Source: an uncultured Clostridia bacterium (GTDB lineage: Bacteria; Bacillota; Clostridia; Oscillospirales; CAG-272). Taken from it: a stretch of DNA of 58,591 nt. The stretch covers positions 1 to 58,591 of the forward strand of contig CANPXS010000003.1 in NCBI GenBank assembly GCA_947586625.1, in the 5' to 3' direction. Numbering within the stretch: the stretch's first letter is position 1; every line of letters starts with the position of its first letter. The notes under the pieces were generated by a model that was not told where the DNA came from, searched no databases, and worked only from the letters and a program-made list of their open reading frames with translations. The translations under genes were made by a program, and so were the position numbers. Below are positions 1 through 9,358 of this stretch, one piece after another.

Positions 1-183
1 GCATCCGACGCTGAGAAATGGGTCGCGCTGATAAAACAATACTCCCACCCCACAGAGCTGACCGCCGAGCTTCTGAATACTCTGATTGAAAAGATTGTGA
101 TTCACGAAGCAACGAAAGACGCAGACGGTATGCGGGAGCAGGAGATCGAGATTTATTACCGTTTCGTCGGTAAAATCGACTGA
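1..183 (+). CDS. C-terminal end of large serine recombinase (TnpX-like, DUF4368 tail), 5' truncated by window
   Basis: Frame 1 translates ASDAEKWVALIKQYSHPTELTAELLNTLIEKIVIHEATKDADGMREQEIEIYYRFVGKID*; ELT..LLN.LIEKIVIHE...QEIEIYYRFVG is the typical C-terminus of firmicute large serine recombinases. Confidence 0.85.
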   Translation, partial: ASDAEKWVALIKQYSHPTELTAELLNTLIEKIVIHEATKDADGMREQEIEIYYRFVGKID

Positions 184-222
184 CGGACGGGAAGATACAC
201 GCTTATATCCTTAACTAAGTGA
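1..222 (+). mobile_element. Right end / attR junction of a serine-recombinase integrative element
   Basis: Recombinase stop at 183, about 37 nt spacer, then abrupt entry at 221 into the middle of an XRE HTH (ETGSGMPDISQIVPLAHVFGVSTDVLFG) with an in-frame TAA at 212-214. Confidence 0.7.
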
Positions 223-1260
223 AACGGGCAGCGGGATGCCGGACATATCGCAGATAGTCCCGCTCGCGCACGTGTTCGGCGTGTCGACGGATGTGCTGTT
301 CGGCACCGTGGGCGAAAACAATGACGAAATCGAACGCATCATAAAAAGGTCGAGGAGATCGGAGCGCAGTTGTCGCACAGCGAGGAGGAAGAGAACGACA
401 GCCTCTATAAGCAGTGGGGGATATTGGAGAATGCGCTGAAAATATATTCGACGAGCACAAAGCTGCTTATTAAATCGATCGGAACGGGACTGTACTACTC
501 GCTTCGTATCGGCTGGTGCAAGAATGACGAGGTGCTTGTCGAGCGTTCGCGCGCCATCATAAACGAGTGCATACGCGAGGCTAAACTGCTTCGCAATTAC
601 AGCGACAACATCGACGACGTCACGTATGCGATGCACCGGCTTATAGACGCGTACAGCCGCACGGGACAGTTTGAACTCACGGTGAGTGAAGCGGAGCGTC
701 TGCCGTGTTCGGCGGTCGGTCTGCGCGGTAGACAGACGGCGGACATTATGGCGAAAAAGGGCGACCGCGACGGCGAGCTCGCGCAGCGGCAGAAGAACGT
801 CTCGCACCTTCTCGAATCCGTTTATATTGAGCTGTTGTCGATGAGTAACGCATATGTCTCACAAGGCAGACACAGGGACGCGTATACGGCGCTTCGCGCA
901 TCTTACGACATATATAAAGCCGTATTCGCCGACGAGATCGTGCCGTATTTCGGTCTGTGCAATCTGTACGAGAATATCGCATACGAGTGCATGGAGCTCG
1001 GCAGACACGATGAAGCGCTCGACCGGCTCGAGATTTTTTATAAGGTCATGAAAGAACATAACGACAGATGCGGCGCTGTGACGCATCCGAAAACGATGAT
1101 ACTTTCCGGTGAGTCGATCGAGTGGGGAGGCGGCGGACGCGGAACTGCGAGTGTGTGTATGCAGTATACGCTCGAGTTTCAGTGGTTCGACCCGATACGC
1201 GATACGGACCGTTTCCGCGAGCTTGTGAGGCTGGCGGACGAGCTTGACGAGTGGAATTAA
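221..1260 (+). pseudogene. XRE-family HTH + TPR-like helical regulator, N-terminus cut off by element insertion and frameshifted at about 343-348
   Basis: C-terminal half of XRE HTH at 221-340; adding one A to the A5 run gives IIKKVEEIGAQLSHSEEE, joining the 370..1260 ORF (helical repeats, FDPIRDTDRF-type C-terminus). Confidence 0.7.
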
Positions 1261-1263
1261 GGC

Positions 1264-1296
1264 GTGGGGGAAGCTTTTCTTAAAAGTTTTCCCCAC
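1264..1296 (+). repeat. REP-like hairpin (family copy D), may double as terminator
   Basis: gtgggggaagctttt-ctt-aaaagttttccccac; 15 bp stem with two G-T wobbles, 3 nt after the stop codon. Confidence 0.7.
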
Positions 1297-1340
1297 AAAA
1301 ATTATTTAATTCAAATCCGCCGCGTAAAACCGATTCGCCG

Positions 1341-1368
1341 TTGACTTTTTTTCCATATATGATATAAT
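1341..1368 (+). promoter_or_regulatory. sigmaA promoter for nusB operon
   Basis: TTGACT-16nt-TATAAT with extended -10 TG. Confidence 0.7.
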
Positions 1369-1382
1369 TAAACTGTATCAAT

Positions 1383-1844
1383 ATGCAAAATAAACGGGTG
1401 AAAACAATGACAAGACGTGAGGCGAGAGAGACGGCGATGACGCTTTTATATGAGCGCGCCTGCCGCGCGGATACGGACGCACGCGAGGTCTATGAAAGGT
1501 CGCTGTCGCTCCGTGACATCGAGGAAAACGATTATATTAAAGAAGTCTATTTCGGCGTGTGGGACTGCGTCGGCGAGCTTGACGAAAAGATCGCGGGCGC
1601 CGCTATCGGGTGGAGCCTCGAGAGAATGTCGAAGGTGACGCTTGCGATACTGCGGCTCGCCGCGTACGAGCTTTATCACATGCCGACGATACCCAAGAGC
1701 GTGACGCTCAACGAGGCTGTCGAGCTGTCAAAGCAGTACGACGACGCGCAGGCGTCGCCGTTCGTCAACGGCATACTCAGCCGCATCGCGGAGGATGAAA
1801 CGATAGAAAAGGTCGCGGTGCCGCGAAAGGGCGGAATGTCGTGA
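1383..1844 (+). CDS. nusB: Transcription antitermination factor NusB (start may be 1407)
   Basis: RREARE..M.LLY, W.LERM, ILRLAAYEL, NEAVELSK.Y, FVNGILS. Confidence 0.95.
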   Translation: MQNKRVKTMTRREARETAMTLLYERACRADTDAREVYERSLSLRDIEENDYIKEVYFGVWDCVGELDEKIAGAAIGWSLERMSKVTLAILRLAAYELYHMPTIPKSVTLNEAVELSKQYDDAQASPFVNGILSRIAEDETIEKVAVPRKGGMS

Positions 1845-2794
1845 CGCATACGGCGGCGCTCGGCATCGACACGAGCAATTACACGACGTCGTTGTCGCTC
1901 GTCGTAGACGGCGAGGTGGTATCGAACAGAAAATCGCCGCTGCCTGTCGCGGGCGGTCAGCGCGGACTGCGTCAAAGCGACGCCGTGTTCGCGCATACGA
2001 AAAATCTACCTGCTTTGACGGACTTGATCGGAGCCGATATCGCGGCGGCGGGAGTCAAGGTCGACGCGATAGGCGTTTCCCGCGCGCCGCGCGACGGCGG
2101 GGAGTCGTATATGCCGTGCTTTCTTGTCGGGATAGCGGCGGCGCATGCGGCGTCGTCGGTCACGGGCGCGCCGATATATGAGTTTTCGCATCAGGCGGGT
2201 CACATCACGGCGGCGCTTTACTCCGCCGGACGGCTCGATCTGCTCGACAGTTGCGAGCCGTTTGCGGCGTTCCATGTGTCGGGCGGTACGACGGACGTTA
2301 CTGTCGTGACGCCGCGCTGCGGCGGTTTCGACGTTGAGCGCGTCGGCGGCAGCGACGACCTGCACGCGGGACAACTCATCGACAGAGTCGGCGTTATGAT
2401 GGGCATGCGGTTCCCGTGCGGTCCCGAGCTTGAAAAGGCGGCGGCAGACGTGCCCGTGTCGCTGTCCATGAAAACGTCGGTGCGCGGCGTTTACTGTTCG
2501 ATGTCGGGCGCGGAGAATAAGGCGGCGAAGATATTCCGCGATACCGGCGACGTTTCCGCGGCAGCGTCGTATACGCTCGACTTTGTGACCGCGACGCTCG
2601 ACAAAATGACGCGCGCCCTGCGCAAGTCGTATGCTACGATACCGATAATATATTCGGGCGGGGTTATGAGCTGCCGCAGGATGCGCGAAACGCTCGGGGC
2701 GCGGGACGGCGTATGGTTCGCGGAGCCGGATTTTTCGTCCGACAACGCGGCGGGTACGGCGCTTCTAGCATACAGAAAACATATGGGGAAATGA
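1841..2794 (+). CDS. TsaD/Kae1-like glycoprotease (M22) family paralog
   Basis: LGIDTSNYTTS, FSHQAGH, HVSGGTT, AGQLIDRVGV..G..FP.GPELE, SGGVMS, SDNAAG. Confidence 0.85.
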   Translation: MTHTAALGIDTSNYTTSLSLVVDGEVVSNRKSPLPVAGGQRGLRQSDAVFAHTKNLPALTDLIGADIAAAGVKVDAIGVSRAPRDGGESYMPCFLVGIAAAHAASSVTGAPIYEFSHQAGHITAALYSAGRLDLLDSCEPFAAFHVSGGTTDVTVVTPRCGGFDVERVGGSDDLHAGQLIDRVGVMMGMRFPCGPELEKAAADVPVSLSMKTSVRGVYCSMSGAENKAAKIFRDTGDVSAAASYTLDFVTATLDKMTRALRKSYATIPIIYSGGVMSCRRMRETLGARDGVWFAEPDFSSDNAAGTALLAYRKHMGK

Positions 2795-2798
2795 GCCT

Positions 2799-4040
2799 AT
2801 GGAGGATTTTTCTGCGATACCGATGACCATGACGGTCACGGAGCTGAACGAATATATAAAGATGTCGCTTGACGCGAATCCTGTGCTCGGCGACATCTAC
2901 ATCAAGGGAGAAATATCAAATTTCACGAATCACTATAAGACGGGGCATCTTTATTTCACGTTCAAGGACGAGAGTGCGGCGATGAAGGCTGTCATGTTCC
3001 GTTCGAGCGCAGTGAAGCTGAAATTCAGACCCGAGAACGGAATGAAGGTCATAGTACACGGCCGCGTAGCGGTGTTCGTGCGCGACGGGCAGTACCAGCT
3101 TTACGCGGACGCGATGGAGCCGGACGGCGTCGGCGCGCTCTATATCGCGTTCGAGCAGCTCAAGGCGAAGCTCGAAGCGGAAGGCCTGTTCGCGCCCGAG
3201 CGCAAGCGTCCGCTGCCGAAGATACCGACGCGCGTCGGCATCATCACGTCGCCGACGGGCGCGGCGGTCCGCGACATGATAAACATATCGGGACGACGCT
3301 TCCCGCTTGCGAAGCTGATACTGTATCCCGCGCTCGTGCAGGGACCTGACGCGCCGCCGCAGCTCATCGCGGGGCTTGATTATTTCAGCCGCACGAAGTC
3401 GGCGGACGTCGTTATAATCGGACGCGGCGGCGGCTCGATTGAGGATTTGTGGGCGTTCAACGACGAGGGAGTTGCGAGAGCCGTTGCGAGGTGCGAGGTG
3501 CCTGTTATTTCGGCGGTCGGACACGAGACCGATTTCACTATCTGCGACTTTGTCGCCGACAGGCGCGCGCCGACGCCGTCCGCGGCGGCGGAAATTGCGC
3601 TGCCGGAGGTCGGCGAGCTCAGACGCAAGCTGCAAAATATCATCACGCACAATTCGCTGTCGCTTTCCAAACTGGCAGAGGTGAAGCGCAGACGCCTCGA
3701 GGCGCTGTCGTCGAGGCGGTGTCTGTCGGCGCCGCACGTTCTTATCGACGACAAGCGCATGGCGGCGGTCGCATTGACCGATAAGCTGTCGGCGGCTATG
3801 GGGGCGAAGATAGGCGCGGGTAAGCTCGCTCTCGCGGGAGCGTCGTCGAAGCTCGACGCGCTCGCTCCGCTGTCGGTCCTGTCGCGCGGATACTTCGCCG
3901 TATACGGCGAGGACGGCGGTATCGTCAAAAGCGTACGCGATGTTAAGACGGGGCAGCGCGTGAAGCTGCGTGCGTCGGACGGTGAGATAGAGGCGTCGGT
4001 TACAAAAATAAACGAATATCACGGTGACGGAGAAAAATAA
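2799..4040 (+). CDS. xseA: Exodeoxyribonuclease VII large subunit
   Basis: GEISNF..H..GHLYFT.KD, ITSPTGAAVRD, GRGGGSIEDLWAFNDE, SAVGHETDFTI, RAPTPSAAAE. Confidence 0.97.
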   Translation: MEDFSAIPMTMTVTELNEYIKMSLDANPVLGDIYIKGEISNFTNHYKTGHLYFTFKDESAAMKAVMFRSSAVKLKFRPENGMKVIVHGRVAVFVRDGQYQLYADAMEPDGVGALYIAFEQLKAKLEAEGLFAPERKRPLPKIPTRVGIITSPTGAAVRDMINISGRRFPLAKLILYPALVQGPDAPPQLIAGLDYFSRTKSADVVIIGRGGGSIEDLWAFNDEGVARAVARCEVPVISAVGHETDFTICDFVADRRAPTPSAAAEIALPEVGELRRKLQNIITHNSLSLSKLAEVKRRRLEALSSRRCLSAPHVLIDDKRMAAVALTDKLSAAMGAKIGAGKLALAGASSKLDALAPLSVLSRGYFAVYGEDGGIVKSVRDVKTGQRVKLRASDGEIEASVTKINEYHGDGEK

Positions 4041-4041
4041 A

Positions 4042-4290
4042 ATGGAAGAAAACGTAAAAGCAAACGCTGAAATGACGTTCGAGGCGGCGATAGCGCGTCT
4101 TGAAGAGATAGTGAGAGCGCTCGAAAACGGCAGTACGCCTCTCGACGAAGCGCTTTGCCTGTTTGAGGAGGGCGTGAAGCTTGTAAGGCTCTGCAACGAG
4201 CGACTCGACGGCGCGGAGCAGAAGATTAGAATGCTGACGTTCACGCCGGACGGAGATGCCGTCGAATCTGATCTTGTCGAACGGGGATAA
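4042..4290 (+). CDS. xseB: Exodeoxyribonuclease VII small subunit
   Basis: TFEAAIARLEEIV..LE.G..PLDEAL..FEEGVKL; follows xseA. Confidence 0.95.
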   Translation: MEENVKANAEMTFEAAIARLEEIVRALENGSTPLDEALCLFEEGVKLVRLCNERLDGAEQKIRMLTFTPDGDAVESDLVERG

Positions 4291-4296
4291 CGCGAA

Positions 4297-5151
4297 ATGG
4301 CATTTTCTATCGGCAATATCGAGGACGTACTCGCTAAAAATGCAGAGCTGATAAACGGTGCGCTCGACAGTCTTTTGCCGCAGGGCGACGCGGGACATTC
4401 TATAATTTACGATGCGATGAGATACTCGGCGATGGACGGCGGCAAACGCATACGTCCATATCTGACGCTCGAATTCTGCCGCCTCGCGGGAGGCGACGTT
4501 ACGGCGGCTTTGCCGTACGCGTGCGCGGTCGAGTGCGTGCATACGTATTCGCTCATACACGACGATTTGCCGTGCATGGACGACGATGATATGAGGCGCG
4601 GCAAGCCGACATCGCATAAAAAGTTCGGCGAGGCGAACGCGCTTCTTGCGGGCGACGCGCTTTTGACGTATGCGTTCGGGCTTATCGCGGAAAATCCGTT
4701 CGCGGACGCGGAACGAAACGCGCGCGCCGTGTCGGTGCTTGCGTCCGCAGCCGGTCACGACGGCATGATAGGCGGGCAGGTGCTCGACATGATGTATGCG
4801 GAGAGGGAAGCGACGCTTGAAGAAATAGTCGAGATGGAGCGCAAAAAGACGGGCGAGCTTATCGCGGCCGCGGTGGCGCTCGGACTTGTCGCGGCGAACG
4901 CGCCCGAGGATATGTTCGCGTCGGCGCGGACGTATGCGTTCAACATAGGGTTGTCGTTCCAGCTCATCGACGATATACTCGACGCGGACGCGGGAGACGG
5001 CGAGGCGACGGTGATGTCGGTGTTGACGGTCGACGAGGCGAGGGGACTTGCGGCGGAGCTTACGGCGGCGGCGATCGACGCGGTCGTGCGGTACGAGCGC
5101 GCGGGCGATCTTGTCGCGCTCGCGAAGTGGCTGCTCCACAGAAATGCATAA
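4297..5151 (+). CDS. ispA: Farnesyl diphosphate synthase / polyprenyl synthetase
   Basis: GGKRIRP, HTYSLIHDDLPCMDDDD.RRGKP, KTGELI, FQLIDDILD. Confidence 0.93.
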   Translation: MAFSIGNIEDVLAKNAELINGALDSLLPQGDAGHSIIYDAMRYSAMDGGKRIRPYLTLEFCRLAGGDVTAALPYACAVECVHTYSLIHDDLPCMDDDDMRRGKPTSHKKFGEANALLAGDALLTYAFGLIAENPFADAERNARAVSVLASAAGHDGMIGGQVLDMMYAEREATLEEIVEMERKKTGELIAAAVALGLVAANAPEDMFASARTYAFNIGLSFQLIDDILDADAGDGEATVMSVLTVDEARGLAAELTAAAIDAVVRYERAGDLVALAKWLLHRNA

Positions 5152-5213
5152 CGAATGAATATATTCATCTTGATTTTGCGCCGCACCGGTGATATACTGA
5201 CGGTATATAGTGT

Positions 5214-6038
5214 ATGAGAGCGGACGTTTACCTTTTTGAATACGGCTATGCCGAGAGCCGTGCACGGGCGAAATTTTTGATCGGCGAGGGCGCGGTCGAA
5301 ATCGACGGCAGACGAATCACAAAACCGTCGTTCGACGTCGACGAAACTGTGACGCACGACGTCAAGATCGATGTGGAGGCGTGTCCTTACGTGAGCGTCG
5401 GCGGCATGAAGCTGAAAGCGGCTGTCGACAGATTCAATATCGACGTGTCGGGAAAGCGCTGCCTTGATATCGGCTCGTCGACGGGCGGATTTACGGACTG
5501 CCTTTTGCAGCACGGTGCCGCGCATGTGTTCGCTGTCGATTCGGGCGATTCGCAGCTTCACGAAAAGCTGCGCGCCGACGAAAGAGTCACGGTCATGGAG
5601 AATACGAACGCGCGCGGACTTTTGCGCGCTGACGTGGGCGTTTTCGACATTGTGACGTGCGACGTATCGTTCATATCGCAAAGGCTCATCGTGCCTGCCG
5701 TAGCCGACGTGCTGTCGCCTGTCGGCGAGTTCGTGACGCTTATTAAGCCGCAGTTCGAGCTCGACAGACGCCGCGTCGGAAAGGGCGTCGTGACGGAACC
5801 CTCGGACAGGGCAGAGGCGATATTCTCCGTTGCTTGTGAGTGCGCGCGTCACGGACTGTTTATGCGCGCTCTGACGGTGTCGCCCGTCGAGGGCGGCGGC
5901 GTGCGCGACAGAAAAGCGCACGGAAACAGGGAGTATATGGCGCTTTTTGACAGAGTCGAACGTGCGGCATTGACTGTCGCGGATGCGCGAGCGTTCGTGC
6001 GCGGCGAGGACGAATGTGACGTGAGATTTTTCGCGTAA
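5214..6038 (+). CDS. tlyA: TlyA family rRNA 2'-O-methyltransferase
   Basis: S4 domain, YVS.GG.KL, LDIGSSTGGFTDCLLQ.GA, DVSFIS, LIKPQFE, GNREY. Confidence 0.93.
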   Translation: MRADVYLFEYGYAESRARAKFLIGEGAVEIDGRRITKPSFDVDETVTHDVKIDVEACPYVSVGGMKLKAAVDRFNIDVSGKRCLDIGSSTGGFTDCLLQHGAAHVFAVDSGDSQLHEKLRADERVTVMENTNARGLLRADVGVFDIVTCDVSFISQRLIVPAVADVLSPVGEFVTLIKPQFELDRRRVGKGVVTEPSDRAEAIFSVACECARHGLFMRALTVSPVEGGGVRDRKAHGNREYMALFDRVERAALTVADARAFVRGEDECDVRFFA

Positions 6039-6053
6039 ACGGAGAGAGACGGT

Positions 6054-6377
6054 ATGAAACGACTTGCGGAAATGTGGCGCGACGTCGAGGCGCACGGCGG
6101 CGACGTTTTTATGATATCGCCGCCGAGGACGGGACTTTTGCGGACTGCGGCGGTGCTGTTCCTTTCTGAGATGATTATTGTCGGTGCGACAATGAACGTG
6201 CTGCTCGCGATAGTGACTGTCCCGGCGATGATGGCGTGGGCGTATTTCTATATCATTTTCTGCAAGGTTTGGGTCTATTATAAATATTCAAAATTTTATC
6301 TTGTAGCGTCGCCCGCCGTGTCGGCTCTCTCGGCGGTGGCGATACAGCAGACGATACTCGGCATTTGGGGGAGGTGA
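6054..6377 (+). CDS. Small hypothetical membrane protein (about 3 TM)
   Basis: RBS ggagag, hydrophobic segments, fills the gap between tlyA and the next gene. Confidence 0.65.
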   Translation: MKRLAEMWRDVEAHGGDVFMISPPRTGLLRTAAVLFLSEMIIVGATMNVLLAIVTVPAMMAWAYFYIIFCKVWVYYKYSKFYLVASPAVSALSAVAIQQTILGIWGR

Positions 6378-6385
6378 ACGGTCGT

Positions 6386-7993
6386 ATGGACACGGTCTCG
6401 ATATTATGGCACAACGGCGCGCCGTCATGCATGATGCGCGACTTCGACTTTGTCGGCGAGCTTGCGCTTTCCGACCTTATCCCGCTTTCAAAGACGCGCA
6501 CATACGGCGAGGGTGAGCTTCGTCTCGAACCGTTTTTCACGACCGATACTGTGACGCTCTCATGCCGATGCGAGATGTTCTGCGAGCTGCTTGACGACGG
6601 CGGGCTTTATGACGGTCTTTCGTCGTGCTTTTCGGCGCTGTCCGATATATGCAGGCTGCGGCAGGAGAAGGAAGCGCCGCACACGAACGAGTCGATGATG
6701 TACAGCATAAAAGAGCTCGAAATGTACGTCGACTATGTCGACGGTATGGCGAAGTTATTTTCGGAGCATCCGGCGAAAAGCGAATTTTTGCGCAGACTCG
6801 AAGCGGAGATAAAGCGCATCGCGGAGTCGGAGGAATATCCGCGCCTGCGCGCGGAGGTGCAGCGACAGTCGCACGCGGTAAAAAACGCGAAGAGCATCAC
6901 TATCGGGCTGAACCTCGACGCGCAGCTTCGTCCGCTCGAAGCGGGGGTCGTCAAGGTCAACGAGGTGCAGTATCGGTCGGGTGAGTTTATAGATAAGCTG
7001 CTGCGGCTCGATTTTAAGGACGACGAGTTCACATGCTCGGTGCAGCTCTCACCGACCGACAAGAAACTGTCGCAGGAGGAAGCCGCCGCCATGCGGTATG
7101 CGGTCAACGGCGCGCTCGGCAAGATATTCTCGTCCGCGCTCGTCTCGTGGGAGCGGACGGTCAGAAAATACGTTATAAGCGGTCTTGACGCGCTGTTCCC
7201 GCTGCTGCCCGAGTGGCAGTTCATATCGGCGTGTATGGAAATGCTTCGCGTCCTTCGCGGGTATAAACGTCCGCTGTGCAAGCCGCAGTTCGGCGATCTT
7301 GACGAAATAACGGGGCTTTATAATCCGGCGCTCGCTATGTCGGGGCGCGTGCCCGTCGCCAGCGACATCGGATTCGGCGACGAGATAATATATATTCTGA
7401 CGGGACCGAATCAGGGCGGCAAGTCGGTTTTCACGAAATCGGTCGGACTCGCCTATTCGATGCTGCATCTCGGACTGCCACTGCCGGCGGTGTCAGCCGT
7501 GGTGCGTCCGGTCGACGCGATATACGTACACTTCGTCGACAGCAAGTCGGACCGCGCGTATAAAAACGGACGGCTCGCGGGCGAGTGCGAGGAGATAGGA
7601 ATCATAAACGGGAAGATAACGAAGGACAGTTTGTTTCTGTTCGACGAGGCGTTTTCGAGCACGAGCGCGGACGAGGCTGTCGTGCTCGCATCCGAGATAC
7701 TGTCCGCGTATGCGGAGATAGGCGTGCGCGGCGTATGCACGACGCATCTGCACGGGCTTTGCAGCATGGCGGACGGAGACGGCGCGTCGTCGCGCATATG
7801 CAATCTGACGGCGGTGCTTGCGGGCGAATCGCACGACAGGACGTACCGCATAGAGAAGGGCGGGCGCTACGGTCACAGCTACGCTATGGACATAGCGAAA
7901 AAATTCCGTCTGACGCGGGAGGAGATACTCGCAATGCAGAATGACAGAAAAATGCAGGACGGCGGAACATGGGAGGCGGCGTATGAGCATTAA
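6386..7993 (+). CDS. MutS-related ATPase (MutS domain V, lacking mismatch-recognition domain)
   Basis: GGAGGT RBS; GLYNP, ILTGPNQGGKS, GRLAGEC, LFLFDEAFSSTS, TTHLH, SYAMDIA. Confidence 0.85.
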   Translation: MDTVSILWHNGAPSCMMRDFDFVGELALSDLIPLSKTRTYGEGELRLEPFFTTDTVTLSCRCEMFCELLDDGGLYDGLSSCFSALSDICRLRQEKEAPHTNESMMYSIKELEMYVDYVDGMAKLFSEHPAKSEFLRRLEAEIKRIAESEEYPRLRAEVQRQSHAVKNAKSITIGLNLDAQLRPLEAGVVKVNEVQYRSGEFIDKLLRLDFKDDEFTCSVQLSPTDKKLSQEEAAAMRYAVNGALGKIFSSALVSWERTVRKYVISGLDALFPLLPEWQFISACMEMLRVLRGYKRPLCKPQFGDLDEITGLYNPALAMSGRVPVASDIGFGDEIIYILTGPNQGGKSVFTKSVGLAYSMLHLGLPLPAVSAVVRPVDAIYVHFVDSKSDRAYKNGRLAGECEEIGIINGKITKDSLFLFDEAFSSTSADEAVVLASEILSAYAEIGVRGVCTTHLHGLCSMADGDGASSRICNLTAVLAGESHDRTYRIEKGGRYGHSYAMDIAKKFRLTREEILAMQNDRKMQDGGTWEAAYEH

Positions 7994-8849
7994 AACGGTC
8001 GCGGTTTTGCCGTTCGGCATAGACGATAAAAATGACGCGCGTCTCGGCGCGCTGCTCGGCATGTGCCGCGGCGCGGGAGTCGACGTCGTGATGCTCGACA
8101 GTCTCACGCTGCCGGAAAAATGCAGCGGTATATGCGTTGCGGACGATGTGCCGGACGGCGTCGAGCTGATAATCACGCTCGGCGGCGACGGGTCGGTTCT
8201 GTACGCAGCCGAGAAGGCGCTGCCGCTCGGCGTGCCGGTGCTCGGAATAAACACGGGCAGGGTCGGATATCTTGCCGAAATATCGGGCGACGATATGGGG
8301 TCGCTCAGCGATATACTGCGCGGCGGATATGAGGTCGACGAGCGCATGATGCTGACGGCGGAGATACGATGCGGCGGCAGTGTGACGACGCTTCGCCCCG
8401 CGCTCAACGACTACGTTGTGACTAAATCATCTGCGGCGAAGATAGCGGGCATATCGCTGTCGTGCCGCTCGGGCGGCGACGTCTACGACGCCGGAAAATT
8501 CGACGCGGACGGCGTTATTTTTGCAACGCCGACGGGCTCGACGGCGTATTCGATGTCGGCGGGCGGTCCGCTCGTCGACCCGTCGATAGACTGCATATGC
8601 GTCACGCCGATATGTCCGCATTCGGTCATGTCGCGTCCGTCGATATATTCGACGAGATTTGTTATTGAGTGCGAGGCGGGAGAGTGGAGGCGTTCGGCGC
8701 TCGAGCTGTCGCGCGACGGCATGGAGACGGTGGAGCTTGCGGCGGGCGCAGTCGTGACGGTGCGCAAGAGCGAGTTTCGGACGAAGCTCGTCAGAGTGCG
8801 CACGGGCGGGTTCACGGGCGTGTTCCGCAGCAAAATGACGGGAAGATAA
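7983..8849 (+). CDS. nadK: NAD(+) kinase
   Basis: LGGDGS, GINTGRVGYL, ALND, ADGVIFATPTGSTAYSMSAGGP, TPICPH. Confidence 0.95.
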   Translation: MSIKTVAVLPFGIDDKNDARLGALLGMCRGAGVDVVMLDSLTLPEKCSGICVADDVPDGVELIITLGGDGSVLYAAEKALPLGVPVLGINTGRVGYLAEISGDDMGSLSDILRGGYEVDERMMLTAEIRCGGSVTTLRPALNDYVVTKSSAAKIAGISLSCRSGGDVYDAGKFDADGVIFATPTGSTAYSMSAGGPLVDPSIDCICVTPICPHSVMSRPSIYSTRFVIECEAGEWRRSALELSRDGMETVELAAGAVVTVRKSEFRTKLVRVRTGGFTGVFRSKMTGR

Positions 8850-8889
8850 AAGTGAGCAGATCAAATAATAAAGAAGGAGGACGCGGACG

Positions 8890-9342
8890 ATGAAATCGAA
8901 GCGTCAGGGCAAGATACTCGAGATGATAAAGAAATACGATATCGAGACGCAGGACGAGCTTATCGCGCGGCTTGCGGAGGCGGGCATCGGCGCGACGCAG
9001 GCGACGATATCGCGCGATATACGCGAGCTGAAGCTGACGAAGGTGACCTCGGAGAGCGGCAAATACAAATACGTCCGCTCAAACGCTCACTCGGGCGTCA
9101 GCATGGCGAAATTTAACACGTCGATACTCGAGTCGATAACGAGCGCGGATTATTCGCTCAACGACCTCGTTATTAAAACGATACCGTCGATGGCGTCGGC
9201 GATAGCGGCGGGCATCGACGACATGGACATGCGGGAGGTGCTCGGGTGCGTGGCGGGCGACGACTGCGTCATCGTCATAACGCGCACAGAGGAGGACGCG
9301 GCGTTTCTGTGCAGGAAGTTCCGCGAGCTTATAAAACTGTGA
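8890..9342 (+). CDS. argR: Arginine repressor
   Basis: IETQDEL, ATQATISRDIRELKL.K, GCVAGDD. Confidence 0.97.
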   Translation: MKSKRQGKILEMIKKYDIETQDELIARLAEAGIGATQATISRDIRELKLTKVTSESGKYKYVRSNAHSGVSMAKFNTSILESITSADYSLNDLVIKTIPSMASAIAAGIDDMDMREVLGCVAGDDCVIVITRTEEDAAFLCRKFRELIKL

Positions 9343-9358
9343 CGGGCGCGGGTTTTGT

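Noticed and set aside
5155-5168. ATGAATATATTCAT palindrome upstream of tlyA...argR as an ARG box
   Set aside because: Half-site spacing is 2 nt rather than the 4 nt of ARG boxes; single AT-rich palindrome.
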